Of a DNA stretch of 32,000 nt, positions 1-7,615 are shown one piece after another. Positions within the stretch are counted from its first letter, which is position 1; each line of letters opens with the position of its first letter. The DNA comes from Halomicronema hongdechloris C2206 (GTDB lineage Bacteria > Cyanobacteriota > Cyanobacteriia > Phormidesmidales > Phormidesmidaceae), in assembly GCF_002075285.3 (NCBI RefSeq), contig NZ_CP021983.2:2880001-2912000 (forward strand), given 5' to 3'. The notes beneath the pieces are model-generated. The model did no database searches, was not told where the DNA came from, and saw only the letters and a list, made by a program, of their open reading frames with translations. The position numbers and the translations under genes were made by a program.

Positions 1-186
1 GTGATAGATGCCAACGTTTGCTTCAGCGAGAAAAGTAGAGCCCCTCAGAGAGCTGTAGAGACTACTGACCAGCAACCGCTGCTGCTTGGCTGAGGCGAAA
101 TTGTCCACCGGCGTATCATCCTCAGTGATGAGTAGATTAGCATCCGGAAATGTGACCTCATCGGTCGTGGCGAGTGGATTGCTCAT
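1..186 (-). CDS. Uma2 family (DUF820) endonuclease-like protein, 5' part only (gene continues past the left edge)
   Basis: Reverse-strand translation from ATG at 186 gives MSNPLATTDEVTFPDANLLITEDDTPVDNFASAKQQRLLVSSLYSSLRGSTFLAEANVGIYH. This fits the typical Uma2 N-terminal pattern (LITEDxxPVDN...KQQRLL...FLAxANVGxY). It is absent from the ORF track because no stop lies inside the window. Confidence 0.7.
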   Translation of the reverse strand, partial: MSNPLATTDEVTFPDANLLITEDDTPVDNFASAKQQRLLVSSLYSSLRGSTFLAEANVGIYH

Positions 187-260
187 GAGATTTCTGCCGT
201 TGCCAGAACCAACCTCATTGTATTCGCTTTGCTGGAGCGACTCGGCAAAAGAGGGGCTGT

Positions 261-268
261 GCGATCGC
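261..268. repeat. HIP1 octamer GCGATCGC (one of 17 exact copies in the window)
   Basis: Exact GCGATCGC starts at 261, 322, 2121, 2244, 5223, 6202, 6748, 10776, 14621, 15596, 19191, 21406, 21960, 27084, 29253, 29365 and 30414. About one copy would be expected by chance in 32 kb. Confidence 0.95.
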
Positions 269-374
269 AACACGAGTTACTCACAGTTAACTCGTCCCTT
301 GTCGACAAGGCAGACAGAGGTGCGATCGCAAGGGCTAGTCCTGAGTGCCCTTTCTAGTATGGCACCCACGCTGC

Positions 375-480
375 TTAGACCGATGGAATTTTGGCGACTT
401 GTGCGGATTGCAGTGCTTCGGGAAACTGCTTCCAGGGGATGTCGCCGTTCTGGCTGTTGCGGTAGACTTCGCCGAAGTAG
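375..480 (-). pseudogene. 3' fragment of a small unknown gene, paralogous to the 3' end of the gene at 1180..1486
   Basis: Reverse translation ...YFGEVYRNSQNGDIPWKQFPEALQSAQVAKIPSV* (stop at 375-377) aligns with ...LQFVELYRQHDGESIPGRQFPEALQSAQVAKIPAV* of 1180..1486. The DNA at 385-428 versus 1190-1233 differs at about 5 of 44 positions. There is no N-terminal half and no start codon. The upstream boundary is approximate. Confidence 0.5.
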
Positions 481-498
481 GATGAGATTAGATATGAC

Positions 499-834
499 CT
501 ATTGCTCCGGTAACCGTTGAGTCACAAATTTCAATACCAATACGGCTTCTGTTGCGTAGGGAGTCAAGATATCTGCTGCTTCTTGCAGGCTTTGAAAATC
601 AGGTTTAGAAGACGAACAGAGCCCTAGTAAAACATCCAAATCGTGAGTTTTTACAAACGCTATGTTTTGAGATGCCAAATAGGCCTTCAGCGCCTTTTCT
701 GCGGACTGCTGGCAATGATAAACCACCGCATCGAGCAACGACTCCTCATTATCAAGCAGTACTTGGGCTACTTTCAAGTCTCGCTGAGACTTGATCAACC
801 ACTGCTGAGTTTCTTCGTATTGGGCATCATTCAT
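499..834 (-). CDS. HEPN domain protein (putative toxin partner of the MNT-HEPN pair)
   Basis: It has a HEPN-like helix pattern (VVYHCQQSAEKALKAYL ... KTHDLDVLL). Its start overlaps the stop of the upstream nucleotidyltransferase gene by 8 nt (ATGAATGA). The C-terminus looks short or atypical. Confidence 0.8.
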   Translation of the reverse strand: MNDAQYEETQQWLIKSQRDLKVAQVLLDNEESLLDAVVYHCQQSAEKALKAYLASQNIAFVKTHDLDVLLGLCSSSKPDFQSLQEAADILTPYATEAVLVLKFVTQRLPEQ

Positions 835-1147
835 ATAAAACTTTACCCTGACGGAGAGCTTGACCGACTAACGAGCTTGACACGCTGGCTTGACGATCTA
901 CTTCTGCACGAGTCATGACCAGGATGTCTTTCGGAATGCCCATCCCGCGTAGTGCCCTATGGGCCTTGCGCGCCCGCCGATAGCGAGGCTCGTCAGACTC
1001 AGAGAGTATTACCAATAAGTCAATATCGCTATCTTTGGTTGGCTCTCCGTAGGCATAAGAGCCAAATAAAATAATTTGCTCTGGTTTGAGTGCAGCGACT
1101 AACCGCTGAGTCATCTGCTCTAGTAAGTCCAGGGTCAGTTGGGGCAC
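827..1147 (-). CDS. Minimal nucleotidyltransferase (MNT, putative antitoxin of the MNT-HEPN pair)
   Basis: It carries the signature LFGSYAYGEPTKDSDIDLLV (GS...D.D nucleotidyltransferase fold). It is 106 aa long and is translationally coupled to the downstream HEPN gene. Confidence 0.88.
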   Translation of the reverse strand: MPQLTLDLLEQMTQRLVAALKPEQIILFGSYAYGEPTKDSDIDLLVILSESDEPRYRRARKAHRALRGMGIPKDILVMTRAEVDRQASVSSSLVGQALRQGKVLYE

Positions 1148-1179
1148 AGGGTGAACTCATTCAGAGACTCTCAACTATT

Positions 1180-1486
1180 CTACACCGCTGGGATTTTGGC
1201 GACTTGTGCGGACTGCAGCGCTTCAGGAAATTGGCGACCGGGAATGGATTCGCCATCGTGTTGACGATAGAGTTCGACAAATTGAAGTAACGCCTCGGCA
1301 CTTTCAACAGTTGGCAAATCAGGCAAATTGGTGAATAAATAGGTCGGTCGATTGACGGCCTTGCTCAAAAGAACTGCTCCAGTTACGCATCCTTTCAAAG
1401 GCATCGGGCTGCTCGATCGTTTGGTTTTTGGCCGGGTCAGCGTCCCATAGTTCATCCCAGTCCTGCGCAGAAAGAATTAGCGGCAT
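1180..1486 (-). pseudogene. Small hypothetical gene interrupted by one frameshift (or an assembly indel)
   Basis: An ATG at 1486 is preceded by GGAGG. The first frame reads MPLILSAQDWDELWDADPAKNQTIEQPDAFERMRNWSSSFEQGRQSTDLFIHQFA* (stop at 1319-1321). The protein-like sequence then continues in another frame as NLPDLPTVESAEALLQFVELYRQHDGESIPGRQFPEALQSAQVAKIPAV* (stop at 1180). The first ~45 residues of the track ORF 1180..1455 look non-protein-like. Confidence 0.5.
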
Positions 1487-1502
1487 AGCCTTGACCTCCC
1501 AT

Positions 1503-2468
1503 TTATCCTCGCCGTCGTCGTAAATACACCCCCGGGTTCACCCCAAACTTGCGCCGGAATGCGGCGGCAAAATGGCCGCGATTGGCAAAGCCGACGGCGT
1601 GAGCCGCCTGGGTCACGTTCATGTCTCCTGATTCCAGCAGTTGCCGTGATCGCTCCAGCCGCTGCTGGTGCAGGTAGCCGAAGACCGTGGTACCAAACAC
1701 CTGACGAAAGCCGACTTTGAGTTTGTGATCATTGATGCCAATGGCGCGGGCCAGTTCGATCAGAGAGGGCGGGTTTAACAATCGTCGATGCAGCAGGTTA
1801 CTGGCATAGTGAATGCGCTCCACATCGTCGGGGGTCAGGCGGTAGGCACTCTGGGGAGCATCGTTGCCGGACTGTAGCGTCTCAATCAGCAGCACCATCA
1901 ACTCCCAGACCTTACTTTCTAGATAAAGGCGCTGGGTCAGCCCTTGAAAGGGACAGTTCAAGATTTGCTGCACCGTCATTTGCATGGCTGCGGTGGGAGC
2001 ACCGGAGTGTTCGTAGAACTTTTCATCCGGTAAGCGCAATAGCAGGTTTAGGGCCTGGGGAGTGTCTCCCAGCCACCGTTGCAGCACCTCGGGATCAATA
2101 TGGACGTTGATGCGGAGTATGCGATCGCAACTGGGAATGCGCCAGGGGTCGCCCGGAGCCAGGCCACTGCCGTAGAAGTGATAGCGCTGCTGCCGTCGCC
2201 CCGCCAGGCTGATCTGCTCAAAGGTGTATTCGACCGGGTGGATGCGATCGCAATGCTGCATGACCAGATCGTCTTGAAAACAAGAGTCCTCAATCACCAG
2301 GTCGATGCCATCGCGCAGCGAGAGGTCACGGCGCACTCCCTGGCCTAAAGCGGAGGAAAACGCACACACCCAATTTAAGGTGTCCTCACTGAAGCAATCG
2401 GACACCGATTCCTGTAACAGCTCCCAGTAATCTGCCTGGGACAGCGTGATCGTCATAGCATTACCCAC
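1503..2468 (-). CDS. AraC family transcriptional regulator (PchR-like)
   Basis: The C-terminus has the double HTH typical of AraC/XylS: LIELARAIGINDHKLKVGFRQVFGTTVFGYLHQQRLERSRQLL...VTQAAHAVGFANRGHFAAAFRRKFGVNP. It is divergent from an imelysin-like gene. Confidence 0.9.
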   Translation of the reverse strand: MGNAMTITLSQADYWELLQESVSDCFSEDTLNWVCAFSSALGQGVRRDLSLRDGIDLVIEDSCFQDDLVMQHCDRIHPVEYTFEQISLAGRRQQRYHFYGSGLAPGDPWRIPSCDRILRINVHIDPEVLQRWLGDTPQALNLLLRLPDEKFYEHSGAPTAAMQMTVQQILNCPFQGLTQRLYLESKVWELMVLLIETLQSGNDAPQSAYRLTPDDVERIHYASNLLHRRLLNPPSLIELARAIGINDHKLKVGFRQVFGTTVFGYLHQQRLERSRQLLESGDMNVTQAAHAVGFANRGHFAAAFRRKFGVNPGVYLRRRRG

Positions 2469-2688
2469 CGTGAGCCATCGTGGCTAGTCATCGTACGACA
2501 ATACACCAATTGCAAATCACTCTCAAACACAACGTTACGCCAGACCGGCTCCATCGCGATGCAATAGCCCTTTCGGTCCGGTTAGGCCATCGACCCGTGA
2601 GTCGGCTTCAGCAGCTTAGCTTGAATACGAGATCGATGCAGCGGAGAGGTCGCCAGGCATGGGCCGATATTTTTTTATCCACGACTTA

Positions 2689-2730
2689 TTGAAAGCCAAA
2701 GTCAATAGACTATAATGCTCAGCAAGCATT
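2689..2730 (+). promoter_or_regulatory. Candidate sigma70-type promoter plus palindromic operator for the imelysin-like gene
   Basis: TTGAAA (2689-2694), a 16-nt spacer, then perfect TATAAT (2711-2716). The inverted repeat AATGCT-N5-AGCATT (2714-2730) overlaps the -10 and the expected start site. Confidence 0.4.
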
Positions 2731-2828
2731 TACGGGCTCCGTTTGCGGCGATACGCCTGCCTCCAGGCATTCGCCGTGTCAATTAACGGGTTGCCTAGTG
2801 CTACTGGTTGTTACTCCAAATCATCTCC

Positions 2829-3704
2829 ATGAAGACTCTCTTGCGCAACGTGCTCCTGAGCTTACTAGCCACACTCTGCATTGTTGGCACTGCCTCCTAC
2901 ACCCAGCAAGCCGTTTCCTCCCCGAGTGCTACCGCCCAGGCTCAACTCGCCCAGGCAGCTGACGATCCCTACGCCGAGCAGATCGACATGGGCGTTGCCT
3001 ATTTCCGCGAAAAAGCGGCTGAGCAGCTAGCGCTGGTCAAAGACTTTCTGGCTGTCCTCGCAACTGGAGACCTAGAAGCCGCCAAAGCCGCTTACATCGA
3101 AGCTCGCCCCCCTTACGAACAAATTGAAGTTCTTGCCGCCAGCTTCGAGCAAGAAGATTCCGATATTGATGCGCGTCCCTACTCCTTCGAGCAGGGGGAA
3201 GCTTCGCCTGACTTTATCAGCTTTCACCGCATCGAAGCCCTACTATTTCGTGACGGTGACGTCGCCGCGGCCATTCCCTATGCGGAAGGGTTAGTTGCCA
3301 GTGTAGAATCGCTGATTGACAAACTCAACGACCCCTCCAACTTCAATTCATCGCTCAATTTTGAAGGCATTATTGGCCTGGCCACAGAAATTCCAGCCAA
3401 GAAGATTTCCAGCGAAGAAGAGACGTGGTCTGACCAGAGCCTTTTGATTTTCAAAAACAATTGGATTGGGATCTACAGCCAGGTCCAGCCATTTGAAACG
3501 GTACTCAGTGCTGAGATCATGACCGACGTTGATGCTGCCTACAAGGCCTGTATGGATGCAATTGCGCCCTTCTACCCCGATGGGCAGGTTGCTGCCATGC
3601 CTTACAGTTCACTCAGCACTGCTGATCGTAAGCGCATCAGCGAGGCCAGCTATCAGTTTAGAAATGCCTTGATCGAAGCGGCCGAGTCCCTAGGCTTGGC
3701 GTAG
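2829..3704 (+). CDS. Imelysin / EfeM-EfeO (peptidase M75-like) periplasmic iron-related protein
   Basis: It has a signal peptide (MKTLLRNVLLSLLATLCIVGTA) and an HxxE motif in FHRIEALLF. YIEARPPYEQIE is typical of EfeM/IrpA-like proteins. The start is placed at ATG 2829 rather than the track TTG at 2808. Confidence 0.75.
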   Translation: MKTLLRNVLLSLLATLCIVGTASYTQQAVSSPSATAQAQLAQAADDPYAEQIDMGVAYFREKAAEQLALVKDFLAVLATGDLEAAKAAYIEARPPYEQIEVLAASFEQEDSDIDARPYSFEQGEASPDFISFHRIEALLFRDGDVAAAIPYAEGLVASVESLIDKLNDPSNFNSSLNFEGIIGLATEIPAKKISSEEETWSDQSLLIFKNNWIGIYSQVQPFETVLSAEIMTDVDAAYKACMDAIAPFYPDGQVAAMPYSSLSTADRKRISEASYQFRNALIEAAESLGLA

Positions 3705-3891
3705 TAGAGAGCTCACGCCTGACACCTGGGCGGTATTGGGCGCATTGAGTATCGGCCAGTGAGCACCTCGGCAGTTCACAGCTATTCCGGTAAACAGCGT
3801 CTAATATTGGTCAATATCTACTCCGGCTGCCAAGATGCCGCGCCCTGCCGCCCACACTTCTCCCCGCACCTCACACACCCGATCTTGCTGC

Positions 3892-4536
3892 CTATTCAGC
3901 GGTAGCCCCCAGCCTCTGCTCAACGGCAGTCAAGTTTTCCTGGGCCGCCGTAAAGTCAGGGTCGATAGCTAAAGCCTGCTCATAGGCAGCAATGGCTTCC
4001 TCGTAGCGTTCCAGATTGGCCAGGGCCGTGCCCAGGTTGTTATAGGCTTCGGCGTAGTCAGGGTTAAGCTCTACGGCCTGCTGATAGGCCGCCACCGCCT
4101 CCTCCCCCTCTAGCAAATTCCCCAGATTGTTGTAGGTCTCGGCCATCTCCGGATCCAGCTCAATGGCCTGTTGATAGGCAGCAATGGCCTCCTGATACTG
4201 TTCCTGCTGGACTAACACCATCCCCAGGTTGTTGTAGATCGTAGCGCTGTCAGGGTCCAGCTCAATGGCGCGGCGATAGGCGGCGGCTGAACCCTCTAAA
4301 TCCCCCAAGAAATAGAGCGTCGCCCCCAAATTGTTATAGGCATCGGGATTCTCTGGCTGCAGTTCAATCAGCTGCCGCCAAGCCCTGGCCGCCGCCTCAT
4401 AGTCTCCGGCTCGATAGGCTTCGATGCCCTCTTGAGCCACCTCTTGCGCCGATTGGGCCATGGCTGGCCCAGCTTGCATAGGCAGGATTAGGCATGCCAG
4501 CAGAAAGGGCCACCAGCTAAGTCGGATTGCTCTCAT
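3892..4536 (-). CDS. Secreted tetratricopeptide repeat (TPR) protein
   Basis: It has a signal peptide ending AMA-QS, followed by repeated 34-aa units (AYNNLG...EEAIAAYQQAIELDP). Confidence 0.85.
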   Translation of the reverse strand: MRAIRLSWWPFLLACLILPMQAGPAMAQSAQEVAQEGIEAYRAGDYEAAARAWRQLIELQPENPDAYNNLGATLYFLGDLEGSAAAYRRAIELDPDSATIYNNLGMVLVQQEQYQEAIAAYQQAIELDPEMAETYNNLGNLLEGEEAVAAYQQAVELNPDYAEAYNNLGTALANLERYEEAIAAYEQALAIDPDFTAAQENLTAVEQRLGATAE

Positions 4537-4781
4537 TGGGTTAGGTTACTCCACAGTCGCCTCTTGCGAATTCTACCGTAATCGAGAGTTTCTCTCAATT
4601 AATTCCTAATTGTCAGCTGCGGCAACCTCTACATACTCAGGCACCAGGTTTAGAGGCTATTTGGAAAGTACCCTGCAACCTTGCTCCAGACTGGATTCTG
4701 GCCCACAGAGCCACACGCTCTAAAACGCTTACCCTGCAGGACTGTCAGCCGAGTTTTCAAATGCCCTCTTAGGGGTCAACG

Positions 4782-5057
4782 ATGACACTTGCAACTGATC
4801 GATTCACTCAACCAACCCCACTCAGTTTTGAAGACTACGCCCTACTAGGCATTCCAGAATATTGGATTGCTGATCATCAAGGTCTAGGGGGTGAATTCTT
4901 CATCGGTCGTCCGAAGCAACCGACCTTAACCGTATGTGTCTTGAGCGAAGAGGGGCGCTATGAAAGGCAAATGCTGCGAGGCGACCAGCCAATAGTTTCT
5001 GCCGTCTTTCCTACATTGAACCTGACGGCAGCAACCGGGCTAGGGGCTGGGCAGTGA
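4782..5057 (+). pseudogene. Uma2 family gene remnant with an internal in-frame deletion
   Basis: The 91 aa join a Uma2-like N-terminus (MTLAT...PLSFEDY) directly to the Uma2 C-terminal module (LLGIPEYWIADH ... FPTLNLTAA). The central ~100 aa that normally carry the PD-(D/E)xK core are missing. Confidence 0.6.
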
Positions 5058-5147
5058 TTCATCGTTCATCTACGCCGCTAAGTCCCACTACACCTTGCCT
5101 AGAAGGACCCATGGCATTGGGGTAACGATGCGATATTGCCTGCGGCG

Positions 5148-7004
5148 CTAAGCCAGCTCAGTGGCAGAGCCTGCCCTGAGCAAATGAGCAAAGCGCGAAT
5201 TAGGATCACCAGCCAGGGAGAGGCGATCGCCATACTCTACAATCTGGCCTTTTTCTAAGATCAATATTTGATCGGCTCGCGCTACGGTTTTTAATCGGTG
5301 AGCGATGATGATGCCTGTGCGGTTTGCCAGCAGCCGATCTACTGCTTGCTCAATCAGCTGCTCTGTCAGCGGATCCAGGCGAGACGATGCTTCATCCAGC
5401 ACCACCAGTCCCGGATCTTTTAGAAACACTCGGGCAAAGGCCAGCAGTTGCGCCTGCCCCGCCGACAGCCCGCCGCTGTCGGCCCCTAGTTCGGTATCCA
5501 ATCCCTGTGGTAGTTGCTCCAGCCAGGGCATCAGCCCCAACTGGTCCAGGGTATGCAAAATAGCTTGATCGGGGATGTGCTCATTAAAAAACGTCAGGTT
5601 GTTGCGCACCGAGGTTTGAAACAATTGCACATCCTGGGTCACAAATCCCACCCGGAGCGGCAACTCCGGTAGTGGCACCTGAGCAATATTGATTCCTGCT
5701 AAGCGAATTTGCCCCCGCTGAATGTCGTAAAGCCGCAACAGTAAACGAGCCAGGGTGCTTTTGCCACTGCCAGTGCGACCGAGTAGACCCAGGACCTGGC
5801 CAGCTGGCAGGTGCAGGGTGAGGTTTTGTAGGGTATAGAGAGAATTTTGAGTGTTGAGTTCTGGATGTTGAGTTGGATCGCGTTGAGTGATGTTGAATTG
5901 AGAACTCAAACCTGAGAACTCAAAATTTTTTTCCTCTCCCTCATACCTAAACCAAACCTCATGAAACTCCACTGACAGCGGCCCCTTGGGCAAGACAGCC
6001 TGACCACCAGGAAGGAGGCTGCTACGGTGGCTGAGTAAATGCTGGATGCGTTGGACGCTGGCGATGGCCTGCTGGAATTGTTCCAGCTCTTGGCGGATGC
6101 GTTCGATCGGGTCTTGCAGCAGGGTGGCGTAGTAGAAGAGCAGGTAGACCGTGCCGATGGTGATGGCGTTGCGCTGCCACAGGTAAGCGCCGATGGCCAG
6201 TGCGATCGCATGTCCCAGCGTAAATAGGCCGACGGTACTGCCCCAGAGCAGAGTACTGGTGAAGCGGGCCTGGTGGAAGACCGTCAGCCAACGTCGCAGC
6301 AGACGGTAGAGCCGTTGCATCACATAGTCGACGGCACCGTTGGCGCGAATATCTTCCAGGCCGCCCAGGTGCTCGGCCACAAATCCGTAGAATTCGGCGC
6401 TGACCTGGCGATAGTGGCGCCAGGGGGCCACGGCTAAGGATTGCAGCCCTCCTAGAATCCCCAAGGCCACCAGGGCAAACAGGCTGAGGCTGAGGCCAGC
6501 CCGCCAGTCTTCGACCCACAAGATGGTCAAAATGCCTACCACCAGCAGGCCATTGCCGATCACTTGTAGCACGAACTGGGAAAAGAAGCGGGAGAGGGCA
6601 TCCACATCGCCGTCCACCCGCTCCACTAACTCGCCAGGAGTATGGGCCTTGTGAAAGGCCAGATCCAGATTCAGGGTGTGCTGGGCTAGATCGAGGCGCA
6701 GGTCATTGGTGGCACTCCAGGCCACAGTCTCACTGAAATAGGTGGATGCGATCGCAAGTCCGTGACGGATGAACGCAATGGCCATAAACCCCAACGCGGC
6801 CAACACCAACAACCGCTGCGACCCGCCCGCCACCGCCGTATCGATGAAATAACGCAAAATCTGCGGGTTCAGCACCTGCAAGCCAATCCCCCCCAGCAAC
6901 GTCACGGCCAGCCCCATCACTCGGCCGCGTTGGGGGGCAAGGTACGTGACCAACAGTTGACGATAAGATTGCTCCGATCCCCCCATGGAGTTGCCATTAT
7001 CCAA
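5148..7004 (-). CDS. ABC transporter, fused permease/ATP-binding exporter (MsbA-like half transporter)
   Basis: An N-terminal 6-TM domain precedes Walker A (GRTGSGKST), the signature (LSAGQAQ) and Walker B (LVVLDEASS). Confidence 0.9.
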   Translation of the reverse strand: MDNGNSMGGSEQSYRQLLVTYLAPQRGRVMGLAVTLLGGIGLQVLNPQILRYFIDTAVAGGSQRLLVLAALGFMAIAFIRHGLAIASTYFSETVAWSATNDLRLDLAQHTLNLDLAFHKAHTPGELVERVDGDVDALSRFFSQFVLQVIGNGLLVVGILTILWVEDWRAGLSLSLFALVALGILGGLQSLAVAPWRHYRQVSAEFYGFVAEHLGGLEDIRANGAVDYVMQRLYRLLRRWLTVFHQARFTSTLLWGSTVGLFTLGHAIALAIGAYLWQRNAITIGTVYLLFYYATLLQDPIERIRQELEQFQQAIASVQRIQHLLSHRSSLLPGGQAVLPKGPLSVEFHEVWFRYEGEEKNFEFSGLSSQFNITQRDPTQHPELNTQNSLYTLQNLTLHLPAGQVLGLLGRTGSGKSTLARLLLRLYDIQRGQIRLAGINIAQVPLPELPLRVGFVTQDVQLFQTSVRNNLTFFNEHIPDQAILHTLDQLGLMPWLEQLPQGLDTELGADSGGLSAGQAQLLAFARVFLKDPGLVVLDEASSRLDPLTEQLIEQAVDRLLANRTGIIIAHRLKTVARADQILILEKGQIVEYGDRLSLAGDPNSRFAHLLRAGSATELA

Positions 7005-7194
7005 TACAACCCGGCCATAGCACCTGCCTAAACTATTTGGCCAGCGCTATAGTAGCGTAACGAGAGTAGCGTAACGAGAACGGAGAGCCAAAAGGATGCC
7101 TAGCCGGAGTTTTTTGACTCATAGCCGGAAAATAGTGCCCCGTTAGCCTGGCAAGATCGGACGCCATCAGGCCGATACATTGCCATTCAACGGC

Positions 7195-7422
7195 CTATAG
7201 GGCTTCCGCCACGGCACTGGTTGCCATCAGGCAGATGGTCACGATCGCTAGACGCCAAAACCAAGGACTGATCGTCGACACCAACGTGCCAATCACCTGA
7301 AAGTCACTAAAAATTGGCGCCGTCAGGCACACCAAGAGAAAGGCAAACAAGGCCAGCATTAGATATTTCACGACCCGCGTGGTCAATCGGTAGATACCAC
7401 TGCGATTGGGGGCTCGTCCCAT
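7195..7422 (-). CDS. Small hypothetical membrane protein (75 aa, two predicted TM helices)
   Basis: An ATG at 7422 has GGAGG 7 nt upstream. The product is MGRAPNRSGIYRLTTRVVKYLMLALFAFLLVCLTAPIF...WFWRLAIVTICLMATSAV. The longer track ORF (to 7542) has a non-protein-like N-terminus. Confidence 0.5.
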   Translation of the reverse strand: MGRAPNRSGIYRLTTRVVKYLMLALFAFLLVCLTAPIFSDFQVIGTLVSTISPWFWRLAIVTICLMATSAVAEAL

Positions 7423-7615
7423 GGGATGTCCTCCAGTCTGAATCAATGGATGCTCTACCATTAAGTGATTCTGGGCCAACTCCTGTGACCACTGGCCCCA
7501 AGAGCACTGCATCGTCTTGCCCGTCAGCCACGACAGGGCCAATTCCGCCGCTGACGACGTTGACTTATGCTAGTTCTCCGGATAACAGCTACTCATCCCC
7601 CCTCTGAGCGGGGAG

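Noticed and set aside
86-520. 144-aa plus-strand ORF at the left edge
   Set aside because: It runs antisense to the Uma2 start, the X-gene fragment and the HEPN stop. Its composition is Ser/Arg/Leu-rich with no motifs. The reverse strand explains the region better.
6022-6519. 165-aa and other overlapping ORFs inside the ABC transporter gene (5305..5568, 5906..6211, 6762..7031)
   Set aside because: They are alternative-frame or antisense ORFs with Pro/Arg/Ala/Gly-rich composition typical of GC-rich DNA. The 618-aa ABC frame has all the canonical motifs.
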